This document shows, in pieces, positions 1 through 12,100 of a DNA stretch of 64,000 nt. Within the stretch, counting starts at the first letter, position 1. Every line of letters begins with the position of its first letter. Under the pieces are notes generated by a model that saw only the letters and a program-made list of their open reading frames with translations, searched no databases and was not told the origin of the DNA. Source of the DNA: Methanomassiliicoccaceae archaeon (lineage in GTDB: Archaea > Thermoplasmatota > Thermoplasmata > Methanomassiliicoccales > UBA472); contig CAVYIY010000008.1 in the NCBI GenBank assembly GCA_963768775.1, positions 386,658 through 450,657 on the forward strand, written 5' to 3'. Made by a program: the position numbers and the translations under genes.

Positions 1-19
1 TACTCACGAGGTGTTTGGA

Positions 20-415
20 ATGGTCGAGTTCAAAGCCGTTATTAACGATGGAAAGGACGGAAAATCCTATCAGGTCCCGGTCACCGGTCATCACGCCAAC
101 TCTCTTATCGGAAAGAAGATCGGAGATGTGGTAGATGGCATTTTCGTCGGCTTGCCAGGATACAAGCTGACGATCACCGGCGGCAGCGATAAGGACGGCT
201 TCCCGATGAGGAAGGACCTGCCAGGTGTGAAGAGGCGGAAGATATTGATGACGAATGGCATCGGTTTCGATACAACGGAGCAGGGCCTCAGGCGGCGCAA
301 GTCGGTGCGCGGAAGCTCCATATCCCCGGAAACCTCCCAATTGAACCTCAAGGTGACCCAGCCTGGCTCCAAGCCGCTGGAAGAGCTCATCAAGGTCGAG
401 GAGAAGAAGAAGTAA
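20..415 (+). CDS. rps6e: 30S ribosomal protein S6e
   Basis: ORF 11..415. The ATG at 20 gives [29 protein letters not shown], a typical S6e sequence. Stop TAA overlaps the next start (TAATG at 413-417). Confidence 0.9.
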   Translation: MVEFKAVINDGKDGKSYQVPVTGHHANSLIGKKIGDVVDGIFVGLPGYKLTITGGSDKDGFPMRKDLPGVKRRKILMTNGIGFDTTEQGLRRRKSVRGSSISPETSQLNLKVTQPGSKPLEELIKVEEKKK

Positions 416-1644
416 TGTCCGAACGTCAGCCCGAGGTCAACATCGGCATGATCGGCCATGTCGACCACGGTAAGACCACGCTCACCAAGGCGCTGAGCGG
501 CGAATGGACCGACCGCCATTCCGAGGAAGTGAAGCGCGGAATCTCCATCCGATTGGGCTATGCTGACGTCAATTTCTACAGGTGCAAGGAATGCGATGGC
601 ACCAAGGCGTATTCCAACCAGCCGAAGTGCCCGCAGTGCGGGGGCGAGGCGGAGTACCTCCGCTCGGTGAGCTTCGTTGACGCTCCAGGGCACGAGACGC
701 TCATGGCCACCATGCTCTCCGGCGCGGCAATCATGAACGGCGCACTGCTGCTCGTGGCGGCAAACGAGAAGTGCCCCCAGCCGCAGACCAAGGAGCACTT
801 GATGGCGCTCACCATCATCGGCGTGGAGAAGATAATCATCGTGCAGAACAAGGTGGACATCGTCACCAAGGAAGAGGCGCTGGAGAACTACCGCGAGATC
901 AAGGAATTCGTCAAGGGCACAATCGCGGAGAACGCGCCCATCATCCCGGTTTCTGCGAATCACAACGTCAACATCGACAAGCTGGTGGAGACGATCGAGA
1001 GGGTCATCCCCACCCCCAAGTACGATCTGAAGAAACCTGCGCGGCTCTATGTTGCCAGGAGCTTCGACATCAACAACCCTGGATCGTCGCCTGAGACTTT
1101 GAAGGGCGGCGTCCTGGGTGGCTCGCTCATCCAAGGCAAGCTGGAGGTGGGCGACGAGATCGAGATCGCCCCCGGCCGCAAGACCGAAATGGGAAGGGAG
1201 GTCATCTGGGAGAAGATCACCACCACCATCGAGTCTCTGCACGCTGGCGAGACGAGCCTCGATGCGGTGAAGCCAGGCGGGCTCATAGCCATCGGCACGA
1301 AGCTGGATCCGGCCATGACCAAGTCCGATGGCCTCACTGGCCGCGTGGTGGGCAAGCCGGGAACCTTGCCGCCGGTGCTGCACAAGTTCATCATGAAGAC
1401 CAAGCTGCTGGAGCGCGTCGTCGGCGCCGCGGTGGATTTGGCGGTCGATAGCATCAAGACCAACGAGCCACTCATGCTGTCCGTCGGCACCGCGACCACG
1501 GTTGGCGTGGTGACGAGCGCCAGGGGCGAGGAGTCCGAGGTCGCCCTGAAGATACCGGTCTGCGCGGACAAGAACCAGCGCGTGGCCATTTCCCGTAAGA
1601 TCTCCGGCAAGTGGCGCCTGATCGGCTACGGGATAATCCAGTAG
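415..1644 (+). CDS. eif2g: translation initiation factor aIF2 gamma subunit
   Basis: 409 aa with GTPase motifs [14 protein letters not shown] and NKVD, plus a Cys knuckle CKECD..CPQCG. Classic archaeal S6e-aIF2gamma-PIN gene order. Confidence 0.95.
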   Translation: MSERQPEVNIGMIGHVDHGKTTLTKALSGEWTDRHSEEVKRGISIRLGYADVNFYRCKECDGTKAYSNQPKCPQCGGEAEYLRSVSFVDAPGHETLMATMLSGAAIMNGALLLVAANEKCPQPQTKEHLMALTIIGVEKIIIVQNKVDIVTKEEALENYREIKEFVKGTIAENAPIIPVSANHNVNIDKLVETIERVIPTPKYDLKKPARLYVARSFDINNPGSSPETLKGGVLGGSLIQGKLEVGDEIEIAPGRKTEMGREVIWEKITTTIESLHAGETSLDAVKPGGLIAIGTKLDPAMTKSDGLTGRVVGKPGTLPPVLHKFIMKTKLLERVVGAAVDLAVDSIKTNEPLMLSVGTATTVGVVTSARGEESEVALKIPVCADKNQRVAISRKISGKWRLIGYGIIQ

Positions 1645-1650
1645 GCGCAC

Positions 1651-2010
1651 ATGCAGACCGTTGTCCTGGACACCAATGCCCTCCTGATGCCGTTCGAATT
1701 CTCCATCAATCTCGATCTGGAGCTGCAGCGCCTGCTCGGCTCCTGCACCGTCTACGTCCCCGGGCCGGTCATCGGCGAGCTGAAGCGGTCCAAGAGCAAG
1801 CATGCCCGGGTCGCTTTGGCATTGGCGAGGAAGTACCCCGTCGCGGAGACGTCCCTGCAGGGCGACAACGGCGTCATCGACGTCGCCATGAGACTGCAGG
1901 CATTTGTGGTGACCAACGACTTCGCGCTCAGGGACAAGCTGCGCAAGCTGAAGCTGAAGACGATCTTCCTGCGCTCCGGCAATCATCTCACGATAGATGG
2001 CGATTATTGA
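1651..2010 (+). CDS. PIN-domain protein (Fcf1/COG1412-like)
   Basis: 119 aa. N-terminal VVLDTNALL and C-terminal VVTNDFALRDKL acidic PIN signatures. Conserved position after aIF2gamma. Confidence 0.75.
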   Translation: MQTVVLDTNALLMPFEFSINLDLELQRLLGSCTVYVPGPVIGELKRSKSKHARVALALARKYPVAETSLQGDNGVIDVAMRLQAFVVTNDFALRDKLRKLKLKTIFLRSGNHLTIDGDY

Positions 2011-2865
2011 TCAGAGGAGCGGTCGGGGAGCGTCCTCTATTCCGACCTCGGGCCTCGACCCGATCTGCTTGAGCCTCTCTTCCAGGATCATCTTACCGAA
2101 TTCGGAGACGGCGTAGACTGGCACCTTGTTGCCCGCCTGCAGAACCGACCTCTTCTCCGCTTCCGCCCTCACCCAATGTGACGCGCATCCCGAGACGATG
2201 TCGCAACAGTCGAATAGGACGCCCGCATCCTTTTCGCTGGTGCCAGTGATATGAACGGCGAAGATCGCGACCCGATCTCCGTAAACGTCCCTGAGCTTCT
2301 TGGCATCCCGGGCCTTGGCGATGGTGACCGCGACCTTCTTGTGGCCTTGCCGGAAGGCCAGTTGCGTTCCGGCCAACTGATCTATTTTCGCGTTCTCTGT
2401 GTCGAGAACATTCCCCCGACCGACCGCCTCGATGACCTCTTCGATCGGCGAGGTCTCGACTATCCCAGAAATCCTGCCCCCGATTCCCTGCACGATCCCC
2501 GGGTCGGTCACGACCACCGTGCCGGCTCCGTCCGTCACTAGGACCGCGCAATCGAGTATCTTCCGTGATATGCACATGGCGATCAACTCTGAGACGCCGA
2601 ACGAAAGGAAATCCTTCATCCGCATCTGCCTTGCTGGGGTGCACATTCCGAAATCGTTGATCCGGAACTCTATGTTCTCCCTGACCGCTTCGGCAGTGAA
2701 CTCCTTGATCCCCCGGTGCTTGGCGAAGAGCGGGCAATATGTTACCCTAGGCTCGCCGACGAAGGTGACCTTGCCGTCCTCGATCACCACCTTGGTCATT
2801 CCCAGGGCTTCCATCACATGCTTGTCCTTGCGCGCCATCAAATCCCAATCCCGCCTCTTGCTCAT
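2011..2865 (-). CDS. conserved archaeal protein, DUF2099-like (family includes 'methanogenesis marker protein 8')
   Basis: Part of ORF 2011..3093. Likely start is MSKRRDWDLMARKD at 2865. Motifs YCPLF, LVTDGAGTVV, VQGIGGRISG and TSPIE match my recollection of DUF2099. Family assignment is from memory only. Confidence 0.5.
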   Translation of the reverse strand: MSKRRDWDLMARKDKHVMEALGMTKVVIEDGKVTFVGEPRVTYCPLFAKHRGIKEFTAEAVRENIEFRINDFGMCTPARQMRMKDFLSFGVSELIAMCISRKILDCAVLVTDGAGTVVVTDPGIVQGIGGRISGIVETSPIEEVIEAVGRGNVLDTENAKIDQLAGTQLAFRQGHKKVAVTIAKARDAKKLRDVYGDRVAIFAVHITGTSEKDAGVLFDCCDIVSGCASHWVRAEAEKRSVLQAGNKVPVYAVSEFGKMILEERLKQIGSRPEVGIEDAPRPLL

Positions 2866-3028
2866 AAAATGAATGCCCGACCGCCATCGCATACCGGACC
2901 ATTCCTCCCCCGGTCTCCGGCTGCTAATAAATGCCAACAGAGCTTTGCAGAAAGGACTTAATAGGCTACGTTCTCTACCAAAAACGTCATATGCGATTGT
3001 GAATGGCAACGTTCCTGGAGGGACGGAA

Positions 3029-3701
3029 ATGCAAGAAGAGATGGATGACAAGCTGGTCCTGGCCCTGCGCAAGATCGCACTTATGGGCGGCATGCACGAC
3101 TACATCTCCATCTCCTCCCGAGAGCTAGGCGACATGCTGGCGATGAGCCAGCAGTCGGCCTCGAAGCGCATCCTCGAGCTGCTGAACGAGGGCTGGATCG
3201 TACGCGACCTGGGGGCAAGGAGGCAGCGCATCAAGCTCACCGACAAGGGCATCGAATCGCTGCGCAGCGAGTACTCCGAGTACCAGAAGATATTCGAGAC
3301 GCGCGATCACATCATCATCCACGGCGAGGTAGTCACTGGCATGGGCGAAGGTCAGTATTACGTCACTCAGGAGGGGTACCAGGAGCAGTTCCTCGCCAAG
3401 CTAGGCTTCAAGCCCTACGAGGGGACGCTGAACCTGCGGCTGGTCCCCCAGGACATCTACAAGCTGGACATCCTCCGGCGCAGCTCCGGCACGCTGATCA
3501 AGGGGTTCGAGAAGTCGGGTCGGACCTTCGGGGACGTGCTCTGCCATCTGGCGACGATACAGAACATCGAGTGCGCCGTCGTCGTGCCGAGGCGCTCGCA
3601 CTACGAGGACGTCGTCGAGATCCTGTGCAAGAACCACCTGCGCCGCACCCTAGGACTGAGCGGACGGCGACCTGGTGGAAGTGCGCATCTCCATCGCCTG
3701 A
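3029..3701 (+). CDS. ribK: CTP-dependent riboflavin kinase with N-terminal wHTH (RibK/RbkR type); frameshifted near the 3' end
   Basis: MQEEMDDKLVLALRK.. wHTH, then the GEVVTGMGEGQYYV..YEGTLNL kinase core. After ..RTLGLS, removing one extra G near 3662 restores DGDLVEVRISIA-stop (TGA 3699-3701). Confidence 0.8.
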
Positions 3702-3702
3702 T

Positions 3703-4541
3703 TCAGCTCTTCTTCAGCACGTGGTCGACCGCAGACTGGAATATCACTCTGCCGTCGCCCTCGCCCGACGGGTCCAGCCCGCTGCGCGTCCAATCCGGAT
3801 GGGTTATCCGGTTCACCACCCTCTCCGGGTGGGGCATCAGGCCCAGCACGTTCCCGGTCGGGTTGCAGATGCCCCCGATGCTGGAGATCGCCCCGTTGGG
3901 CGTCCAGGGGTAGCCGGCGTACGAGCCGTCCGGGACCGACGAAGCGGAAGACCACCTGGTCGTTCTTCTCCAGCCGGTTCAGGTAGTCGCGCTCGTGCTC
4001 GGACGAGAACATCAGCTTCCCCTCTCCGTGAGCGGAAGGGAACATGACGACCTTGCCCTTTCGCCAGGTTGCGGGTGAAGACGCACTTGCCATTGTTCTC
4101 GTTCTTCAGCAGCGTGGGGATGCACTCGAAGCGCGCTGAGTCATTGGTATACAAAGCCGCCTGGGGCTCCTTGCTGATGGCGCCGTCGAAGGCGGGCAGC
4201 ATGCCCAGCTCCACCAACACCTGGAAGCCGTTGCAGATGCCGATTATCGGCTTCTCCTTCTCCACGAAGGCCTTGAGCTCCTTGGACAGCGCAGACTTCA
4301 TGCGCGCCGCCAGGATCGCCCCGGCGCGGACATAGTCCCCGGCGGCGAAGCCGCCTGGTACCGCGAGCACATGATAATCCTCCAAGTCCCGGCGCATCTC
4401 CTTGGGGCACTGATGGATCAGCTGCTTGAGGTGCACTTTCTCCGGGCTCGCGCCCACGCTCGCGAACGCCGCCGCGGTCTCCTCCTCGCAGTTCGTGCCT
4501 TCGATCCTCAGCACACATACCTTGATCTCGTTCGGTTTCAC
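3703..4541 (-). CDS. purQ: phosphoribosylformylglycinamidine synthase I, glutaminase subunit PurQ; two frameshifts
   Basis: MKPNEIKVCVLRIEGTNCEEE.., PGGFAAGDY, and the nucleophile motif GICNGFQ. The reading frame moves near 4058 (..NLAKG|KVVMFPSAHGEG) and near 3932 (..FRFVGP|DGSYAGYPWTPNG..MPHPER..). Confidence 0.85.
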
Positions 4542-4545
4542 TGCC

Positions 4546-6882
4546 TCACCCCAGCATCTTCCATAGCGGCTCGGACCAGGCCTTCCGCAGGGCGCTCACT
4601 TCCACGTCCACCAGCACGTCGCTGTCCTCGATGACCAGCATCCTTCCCCCGACCGTGCCGATGCGCGCCGCCGGCGCCTTCATGCGCTGGAGGAACTCCT
4701 GCTCCCGGCTCCGGTCGACTTCGACTAGCCAGCGTGAATTCGATTCGGAGAACATCTTGACCGACGGGGAGAACTTCCCCATGGCCTCCAGGTTGGCGTT
4801 GACCCCGATGTCGCCGCCGATGCACATCTCCGCCAATGCCACCCCCATTCCGCCATCGGAGAGGTCGTGGCAGCTGCGCAACAGCGAGCGCTCCATGCAC
4901 TCGTTCAGCGAGCTGATGCCTTGGGAGAGCTGTGCCGGCACGACTCCGGGCACGATGCCCCCCTTGCCGCCGAAGCGGCGGAAGAAGGCGCTTCCGGCCA
5001 TCTCCTGCTTCGTCTCCCCGATCGCGTAGATGGGATTGCCCTCCTCCTTCAGGTCGGTGGTGACGCACTTGCGCACGTCTGGCACCAGTCCCACGCCGAG
5101 GACGGTGGCGGTGGGCAGGCAGGCGCCGATGGACGCCTCGTTGTAGAAACTTACATTTCCCGATGGAATGGCGAGATTGAGGGCGGACGCGACGTCCCCG
5201 ATGCCCTTCACCGCGCTGCGGAACTCTCCGAGCCGCTCGGGCTTCTCCGGGTTGCCGAAATTGAGGCAGTCGGTGAGCGAATGGGGCATGCCCCCTACGG
5301 CCGCGATGTTGCGGCAGGCCTCGTCTACCGAGGTCATGCCGCCCTTGTAGGCGTCGAGCGCGGTGAACCAGGGGTTCACGCCAACCGCGATCGCCAAACC
5401 GCGCCAGGAATCCTGGAGCGGCCTGAGGACCGTGGCGTCGCCCGGTCCGCGCAGACCCAGCTTGCCCTGCAGCGGCTTGATGACCGTGTTCCCCCTGACC
5501 TCGTGATCGTAATAGCGGACGACCCACTCCTTGGAGGCGATGTTAGGGTCGGCCAGGAGCTTGAGCAACGCGTCTGTCAGATCGCGCGGCACCTGCGGGA
5601 ATACCTCCTCGATGAAGGAGGGCGGCAGGTTGACGCACGAGGGCCGGCAGTACTCCGGCCCCTTGGTGAGGAAGTCCAGGTCCATCTCGAAGACCTTGTG
5701 GCCGTTGAAGTTGAGCTTGACCACCGTTTCCTTGATGACCTTGGCGACAACGGTAGCGGGCACGTCCCACAGGTCGAAGACCTCCATGATCCTGGCGACG
5801 TTCGCTTGCGGAGCGGCGAGCATCATCCGCTCCTGCGACTCCGAGACCCAGATCTCCCAGGGCGCCAGTCCAGGCTCTTTGGTCGGGACGCGGTCCAATT
5901 CTACCTCGGCACCGCATCCTCCGGACAGAGCCATCTCGCCGATGACGCAGGAAAGTCCTCCTCCGCCCAGGTCCTTCATGCCGTGGATTAGACCCTTCGA
6001 ATTCACTTCCAGGCAGGCGTGGATCAGCGGCTCCTTCATGATCGGGTCGCCCAGCTGCACCGCGCCGCGGGATTCCTCCTCCGATGCGGAGCTGAGGACC
6101 GCGGAAGCGAACGTCACGCCGTGGATGCCGTCGCGCCCGGTGCTGCCGCCGACCAGTATGAGGACGTCCCCGGTCCCCTTGACCGCGTTCTTGACCAGAT
6201 CGCTCTTCTTCACGATTCCGATGCAGCCGACGTTGACCAGGATGTTGCCGACGTACCCTTCGTCGAAGTACAGCCCCCCGGCGATGGTGGGGATGCCGAT
6301 ACGGTTGCCGTAGTCGCGGATTCCGGCCACGACCCCGCCGATGAGGTACTTGGGGCTCTTCACACCCGGCGGGATCTCCCCCTGATAGTCTATCGGCCCG
6401 AAGAAGAGCGGGTCGATAAGCGCAATGGGCTGGGCGCCCATGCACAGCACGTCGCGCACGATGCCGCCGATCCCGGTGGCCGCGCCGCCATACGGCTCGA
6501 TGGCGGACGGATGATTGTGAGACTCGATGCGCAGGGCATAGGCATGCTCGGAATCGAATGCCATGACGCCCGCATCCCCCTTCGCCAGCACGTCGGGGTG
6601 GGAGATGTTGAAGATGTGCTCCCTTAGGAACACCTTGGATGACTTGTAGCAGCAATGCTCGCTCCACGCCTGCCCGATCGATTGCAGCTCCACGTCGGTG
6701 GGGTGGCGCATCTTCGAGGCGAAGTAGCGCTGCACGCTCTTCATCTCCTCCAGGCTCAGGTTCAAGCCCATGGTCGAGCTGATCTCCATGCAGCTGCGCG
6801 TCGCTTGCTGAGAGGATGTCGATCTCGAACAGCTCGAACCCGTAGGGGAGCTTGTGCATCAGCGCAGTGAGGGACATGCGCA
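4546..6882 (-). CDS. purL: phosphoribosylformylglycinamidine synthase II PurL; one frameshift near the 5' end
   Basis: 747-aa ORF with typical PurL content (AWSEHCCYKS, HNHPSAIEPYGGAATG). The N-terminal ~30 aa (MRMSLTALMHKLPYGFELFEIDILSASDAQL) lie in another frame; the junction is near 6791. Confidence 0.9.
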
Positions 6883-7122
6883 TCACTTGACCGTGATCTT
6901 GAACTTCTGGATCACCGGGTTGGCCAGCAGCTTGCGGCACATCTCCTCGCACTGCTTCCTCGCCTCTTCGGCCGGAGCATCCAGCTCCACCTCGAAGAAC
7001 TTGATCGACCTTACTCCCTTGATGCCCTTGAAACCGAGCAGCTCGAGCGCCTTCTTGGTGTTCTGCCCCTCGGGGTCGGCGATGCCCGGTTTGAGCTCAA
7101 TCCTTATCTCAGCGATGACCAC
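6883..7122 (-). CDS. purS: phosphoribosylformylglycinamidine synthase subunit PurS
   Basis: 79 aa, MVIAEIRIELKPGIADPEGQ..; abuts the purL start. Forms a purS-purL-purQ operon. Confidence 0.85.
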   Translation of the reverse strand: MVIAEIRIELKPGIADPEGQNTKKALELLGFKGIKGVRSIKFFEVELDAPAEEARKQCEEMCRKLLANPVIQKFKITVK

Positions 7123-7179
7123 GGATGCACCCGGTGAGGGATGCTCAAGTCACTACTTAACATTTAGGCGACATTTTGC

Positions 7180-7836
7180 CTACGCCAGCAGACCGTTCTT
7201 CATGAACTCGTTGACGGCTTCGAATATCCCGCTCATGACGAAGCTTACCGCTACCGCTGCCAAGAGCAGGCCCATGATCCTGGAGAATGCCAACGCCCCG
7301 CTCCGCCCCATGCGGTTGAAGATCCTCTGGGAATAGGTGAGCAGGAAGTAGGAGATTACGGTCGTCACTATGATCGATAGGAAGACCGAGGCGAGGTCGA
7401 GGACGTCGTTCGCCGTGGTGGCATAGGAGATGTAGATCATCACGGTGGTGATCGCCCCCGGTCCAGCGAACAAGGGGATGCCCAGCGGCACTACCCCGAT
7501 GTCCTCCTTGCTCATCGCGTCCGCATCCTCCTCCTCGGACATCTTGGCGCGCGACTGCTGCCCCTGCATCATGGCGAACGCCACGGAGAAGAGCAGAATT
7601 CCACCAGCGATCTTGAACGCCGGGATGGTGATGCCGTACACCAGGAAAACGTACTGTCCGAAGATGCCGAAGCCGGTGAGGACGGCGAACGTCACCAGGC
7701 AGGTTTTGATGATGACCTTGCGCTTGAGCTCTGGCGAATAGCCCTCGGTGACCGCCGTGAACAAGGGGATGTTGCCGATGGGGTTCACGATGGCGAAAAT
7801 CGCCGCGAAGGCGGCTACCGCGAACTCAAGGCTCAT
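7180..7836 (-). CDS. MarC family (UPF0056) integral membrane protein
   Basis: 218 aa and multi-TM. N-terminal FAIVNPIGNIPLF signature. Confidence 0.75.
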   Translation of the reverse strand: MSLEFAVAAFAAIFAIVNPIGNIPLFTAVTEGYSPELKRKVIIKTCLVTFAVLTGFGIFGQYVFLVYGITIPAFKIAGGILLFSVAFAMMQGQQSRAKMSEEEDADAMSKEDIGVVPLGIPLFAGPGAITTVMIYISYATTANDVLDLASVFLSIIVTTVISYFLLTYSQRIFNRMGRSGALAFSRIMGLLLAAVAVSFVMSGIFEAVNEFMKNGLLA

Positions 7837-7863
7837 GCAGCGTCAATGAAGCTCTGGGGATAC

Positions 7864-8643
7864 TTAGCCTTTCTCTTGCTCGAGCTTCGTCTTCCGGGCG
7901 AAGGTCAGATAGCCAGTATGGCCGAGCATCTCGAACGACGGCCGGATTCCGGACTCGTGGACCTCCATGGCGCGCTGGATGTTCTCCAGCACCTCTATCT
8001 CCACGTAGCCGCGCTTGCGCAGTGCCCGCACCACCGTCTCCACCTGGTTGGTGTTCGGAAGGTAGGCGCAGAATCTGCCCCCCGGCCGGAGGAAGAGCTC
8101 CACGTTGTCGAGGGCGTCCCAGGGGTTGGGGATGTCCAGGATTACCACGTCCGCCTCAGTGTCTATCGCTATGTTGGTGATGTTCCCCAACCTCAGGTCC
8201 CAGCACTGCGATGACGGTATCCGCATGATGTTCTTGCGCGCCCGGCCGGCCATGTCCTCGCGCACCTCGACCGAGATGACCTTGCCGTTCGGGGAGACCG
8301 CGTTCAGCAGAGCCGTGGTCAGCGACCCCGATCCCACGCCGGCCTCGACGGCGACGTCGCCGCACTTCAGGTCCAGTCGGAAGAGTATGGTCGCGGCGTC
8401 CTTCGCGGTTATGACCTGCGCCGCCCTCTCCAGCGACTCCATGAACTCGATCGCCCCCGGCCGAAGGAGGACGAATCTGCGATCGGCTATGGTGATCCAT
8501 TCCCCCTCCTGCTTCCCAATGAGGCGAGAACAATCCAGGACGCCCAGGCTGCTCACCTTGGCCATTCCTTCGTCTAGAACGACCCAGTGCTTCTTGCCCC
8601 GCTCATCGAGAAGATAGATGAGCTCGCCTTGGCGCAGCATCAT
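7864..8643 (-). CDS. trmI: tRNA (adenine-N1)-methyltransferase, TrmI/Gcd14 family
   Basis: 259 aa. SAM-binding loop VEAGVGSGSLT; DLRLGN..DVVILDIPNPW is typical of TrmI. Confidence 0.8.
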   Translation of the reverse strand: MMLRQGELIYLLDERGKKHWVVLDEGMAKVSSLGVLDCSRLIGKQEGEWITIADRRFVLLRPGAIEFMESLERAAQVITAKDAATILFRLDLKCGDVAVEAGVGSGSLTTALLNAVSPNGKVISVEVREDMAGRARKNIMRIPSSQCWDLRLGNITNIAIDTEADVVILDIPNPWDALDNVELFLRPGGRFCAYLPNTNQVETVVRALRKRGYVEIEVLENIQRAMEVHESGIRPSFEMLGHTGYLTFARKTKLEQEKG

Positions 8644-8694
8644 AATGGCGAGGGCGAAAGGACGAGAAAAGATTTGTGGAAGGAGATTTGGGTA

Positions 8695-9087
8695 TCAGCG
8701 CAGCTTCCTGCCGCAGTTCGGGCAGTTGAAGTCCCGCTCGCTGATCGCCGCACCGCAGCCTGGGCATCGCGGGATGCCCTCGGTCTGCTTCACCGTCGAT
8801 TTCGCCTGGCCGGCTTCGCCCTCTTCTGCCGCGCTCTTCTTCTCCACCTTGTCGAACTTGTAGGCGGGGACGGAATACTCCGGCTTAGGCGGGTAGGTCG
8901 CATCGACGCGCTTCTTCTTCACCAGGAAGATGTAGAGGACCAGTCCCACGATGCTCAGAAGGAAGGCGATGACCAACCAGGACGCCTTCAGGTCCTTGCT
9001 CTTCCGCATGTCCATAAACGCAATGGCTGCACAGACCGCTCCGACCAGTAGCCATGCTATAACTGCGATTATTAGCTCGAGCTGCAT
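8695..9087 (-). CDS. small membrane protein with C-terminal zinc ribbon
   Basis: 130 aa. Two N-terminal TM helices, a charged linker, and CPGCG..(9)..CPNCG at the C-terminus. Confidence 0.55.
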   Translation of the reverse strand: MQLELIIAVIAWLLVGAVCAAIAFMDMRKSKDLKASWLVIAFLLSIVGLVLYIFLVKKKRVDATYPPKPEYSVPAYKFDKVEKKSAAEEGEAGQAKSTVKQTEGIPRCPGCGAAISERDFNCPNCGRKLR

Positions 9088-9138
9088 CCCATCACTGTAT
9101 GCAAAACGCGCATCCGTTTATTAATATGCTGCCCCGTT

Positions 9139-12100
9139 TTACGACCGCTTGACCTCGGCCTCGTACCATTCCATGGCGCGGATGAACTTCTCCAATGCTT
9201 CGTCGGAGCTCAGCGCCGCAAGCAGCAGCGTCCGCGTCTTGCTTGCGTATTCCTCGGGTATGCTCACGTTCGGTATCGCGCTCAGGCGGCGGATCAGCTC
9301 CAATCTTCGCGCCTTCCCGTCGAACGGTGCTTTGAGGTACTGGAAGTGCAGATCGACCGTTCCGTCGGCGCGCAGGCTGAACATCCAGTGCGCGATGCCG
9401 CCGTGCTTGAAGTAGGGGGTGACGGTCGTCACTCCCCCTACTTCACGCCACCAAAGGCGCATCTCCGACTCGTCGGCCCAGTCGAGCATGCCCTTGGCCG
9501 CGTCCATTTCCTGGGGCGTACGCGTCTCCAGCTGCTTGAAGAAGATGAACCGCATCGACCGGTCGTCCTTCTCCGGCAGGTTCGCGCCGATGGCGAGGAC
9601 GTCGGGTATAGAGGCGGGGCCTTGGTCGATCATCTCCTCCGGGGCACGATGCTTTTCCGGCGCCCTAGGCAGCGATGTCGGAGCGGCGGCAGGCGGCTTA
9701 TCCCCGCGCTTCTTCGGCCTCGAGAGCTCCTGGATGCGGCGTTGCAGGCGGGCTATCTCCCCTGGGCGGTCGCGCCACCAGTTGCGCGACCAGACCCGCT
9801 CGATGGTCCAGCCGCGGTCCTCCAGGAAGCTCTGCCGGCCCACGTCCCTCTCCCTGGCGGACTTCGCGGAGTGGAACGTCGCGCCGTCGCACTCGATGCC
9901 GATCACGTAGCGGGAATCGTCCTTGGGGTCCACCACCGCCAGGTCGATGCGGTAGCCGCTGAAGCCGACCTGCGATTCCACCTTGTGGCCGAGCGCCTCC
10001 AGCGCCTGGCGCACCTGACTCTCGAGCGGCGCATCGAACTCGGCGATCGTTTGTGTGACGGGAGGACTAGCGGTAACAGCGTCGAGCTTCGTCAGCAGCT
10101 GGGCGACCTCGTCGCCGCGCATCTCTGCCACCGCTTTGGCGTATTGCAGGTACTCCTTCAGCCGCATCGGTCCGATGTTCTTCACTCCTTCCACCGGCAG
10201 CTGCGCCGGATCGAAGGAGGCGACCATGATCACCCTCTCCTTGGCGCGGGTGATGGCGACGTTCAAGCGGTTCTCGCCGCCTTCTTGGCTCAGCGATCCG
10301 AACTGCACTCGGAACTTGCCCAGCTTGTCCGGAGCGTACGCGACGGAGAAGATGATCACGTCCCGCTCGTCCCCTTGGACGTTCTCGATGTTCTTGACGA
10401 ACGGCCTCTCGTCGAGGTCCAGCTCTGCCCTGCTCGCCAGCGAATACAGCCGATCGAATTCCTCGTTGCTTGTCCTTCTCGCCTCGACGCGGTCATCGAC
10501 CAGGTCGCGCTGCGGCTCGTTGAAGGTGATCACGCCGATGGAAGGGAGCTTGCCGCGTATCTCGCCCTCGCTCAGCAGCCAGTGGATGATGTCCACCACC
10601 TTCTCCGCCTCCACCGAATTGGTCCGCTCCTCCCAGACCCCGTCGCAGCGGATGAAGTCGATGGGCGGCAGCTCGAACTTGCGCTGCACGTTCGCCGCGA
10701 TCTGCAAGTTGCCGTCATAGAAAGCATGGTTCGAGAAATCGATCAGCTGCTGGTAGCGCGAGCGGTAGTGCCAGCTCAGGTACCGGGGGCTGAGGACGCG
10801 CATCGATAGCACCAGCAGGCTCTCCGCCTCCGTTACCTCGTCCTCTTCCTCATCGTCCTCCTTGGATTGGAACAGGTCGAACGGCCGCAGCTGCTTTTCG
10901 TCGCCGGCGATTAGCGCCCTCTTGCTGCGGTAGAGCGAAGGCAAAGCTCGCTCCACCGCCAATTGGCTGGACTCATCGAAGATCACCATGTCGAACATGC
11001 CCCTTTCCAGCGGGAACACTTCCGACGCTGCTTCCGGCGACACGAGCCAGCATGGGGCGATGGTCATCATTTGGAACGGGTACTCCTCTATCAGTTTGTG
11101 TACCGGTTTGACGCGTCGTTTCTTGCCGAACTCGCTGAGCAGCTTATTCCAGTCCGTCTCCGGCCGCCGGTTGGGATGATGCTCCCCTGGCGGCAGCAGC
11201 GGGCGCCGCGCCGACTCGAGCACCTGATGAGCCAGGCGGCGCTTGAACAGCTCCCGCCGCTTATCGAGGAGGGTGATGAGTCTGGATTTCAGTTCGAGAT
11301 AGCGCGAGAACGGGTCGCCGGCCAGCTGCTGGTTCTGATGCTCGATGCTGGAGATCCAGCGCGTGATCACCTCCTGCTCCACGATGCGCGCCCACGAGCC
11401 CTGGTCCACCGCGATGCGCGAGGCGCAGAGCTCGAATACTTCCTGACCGGAAGGGTCCAGCGACGCAACCAGCCGGTCAAATTCCTGCACCTTGTCGAAT
11501 TCGGCGAGCGCTCCGCGTGCCGCCTCGAGGCGCGACCTCAGCGCTGCCGGATCGCCTTGGACCTTTGCGATCCCATTGATGCCTTCCGGCCGCAGCCATT
11601 TCTGCAGCTCCTGCAGGGCGCGGAGCAATGCTAAGCCGGCGGTGAGCGACTCCCTCATCCTCGCCGTGTCCTGCACGCGCGGATCACCTTGGAATCGGGA
11701 GCGGATCTGGTTGTAGGCGCCGTTCGCCCTCCACCAGCGCGGACTGATGAACTTGAACGCGCGGCCGCGCATGGCATCGTAGTCGGCCAGTCGGCGCAGG
11801 GAATCCTCCTGCTCGTTCAGGCTCCCCAGAGGCAGCGCCGCGGGAACGGCCGCTTCCGTCATCCTGGCAAGGGAGATATCGATATCGAACTTGGCATTCG
11901 GGTCCATGGCCGCGAAGGAGCACCTCAGCGCGATCGGCGAAGCCGGTGAATCATATTTCCAGTGCCCGATCTGCAGCTCCGGCAGCTTCTGCACGATCGA
12001 CGCCAGAGAAGGGCGGGAGAGCCGGTTTGGCACCGTCCCCATCTCCACCTTCGGCACGTAACCAGGCATCGCTGCAGTGTAAAGTTCCTGCAATCTCGCG

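Noticed and set aside
91-1986. 631-aa ORF on the minus strand overlapping the S6e, aIF2gamma and PIN genes
   Set aside because: It is antisense to three strongly supported genes. The sequence is Arg/Gly/Leu/Asp-rich low complexity with no motifs, typical of a shadow ORF in GC-rich DNA.
9346-10809. 487-aa plus-strand ORF inside the helicase gene
   Set aside because: It is antisense to an ORF with full helicase and nuclease motif sets. Its composition is shadow-like.
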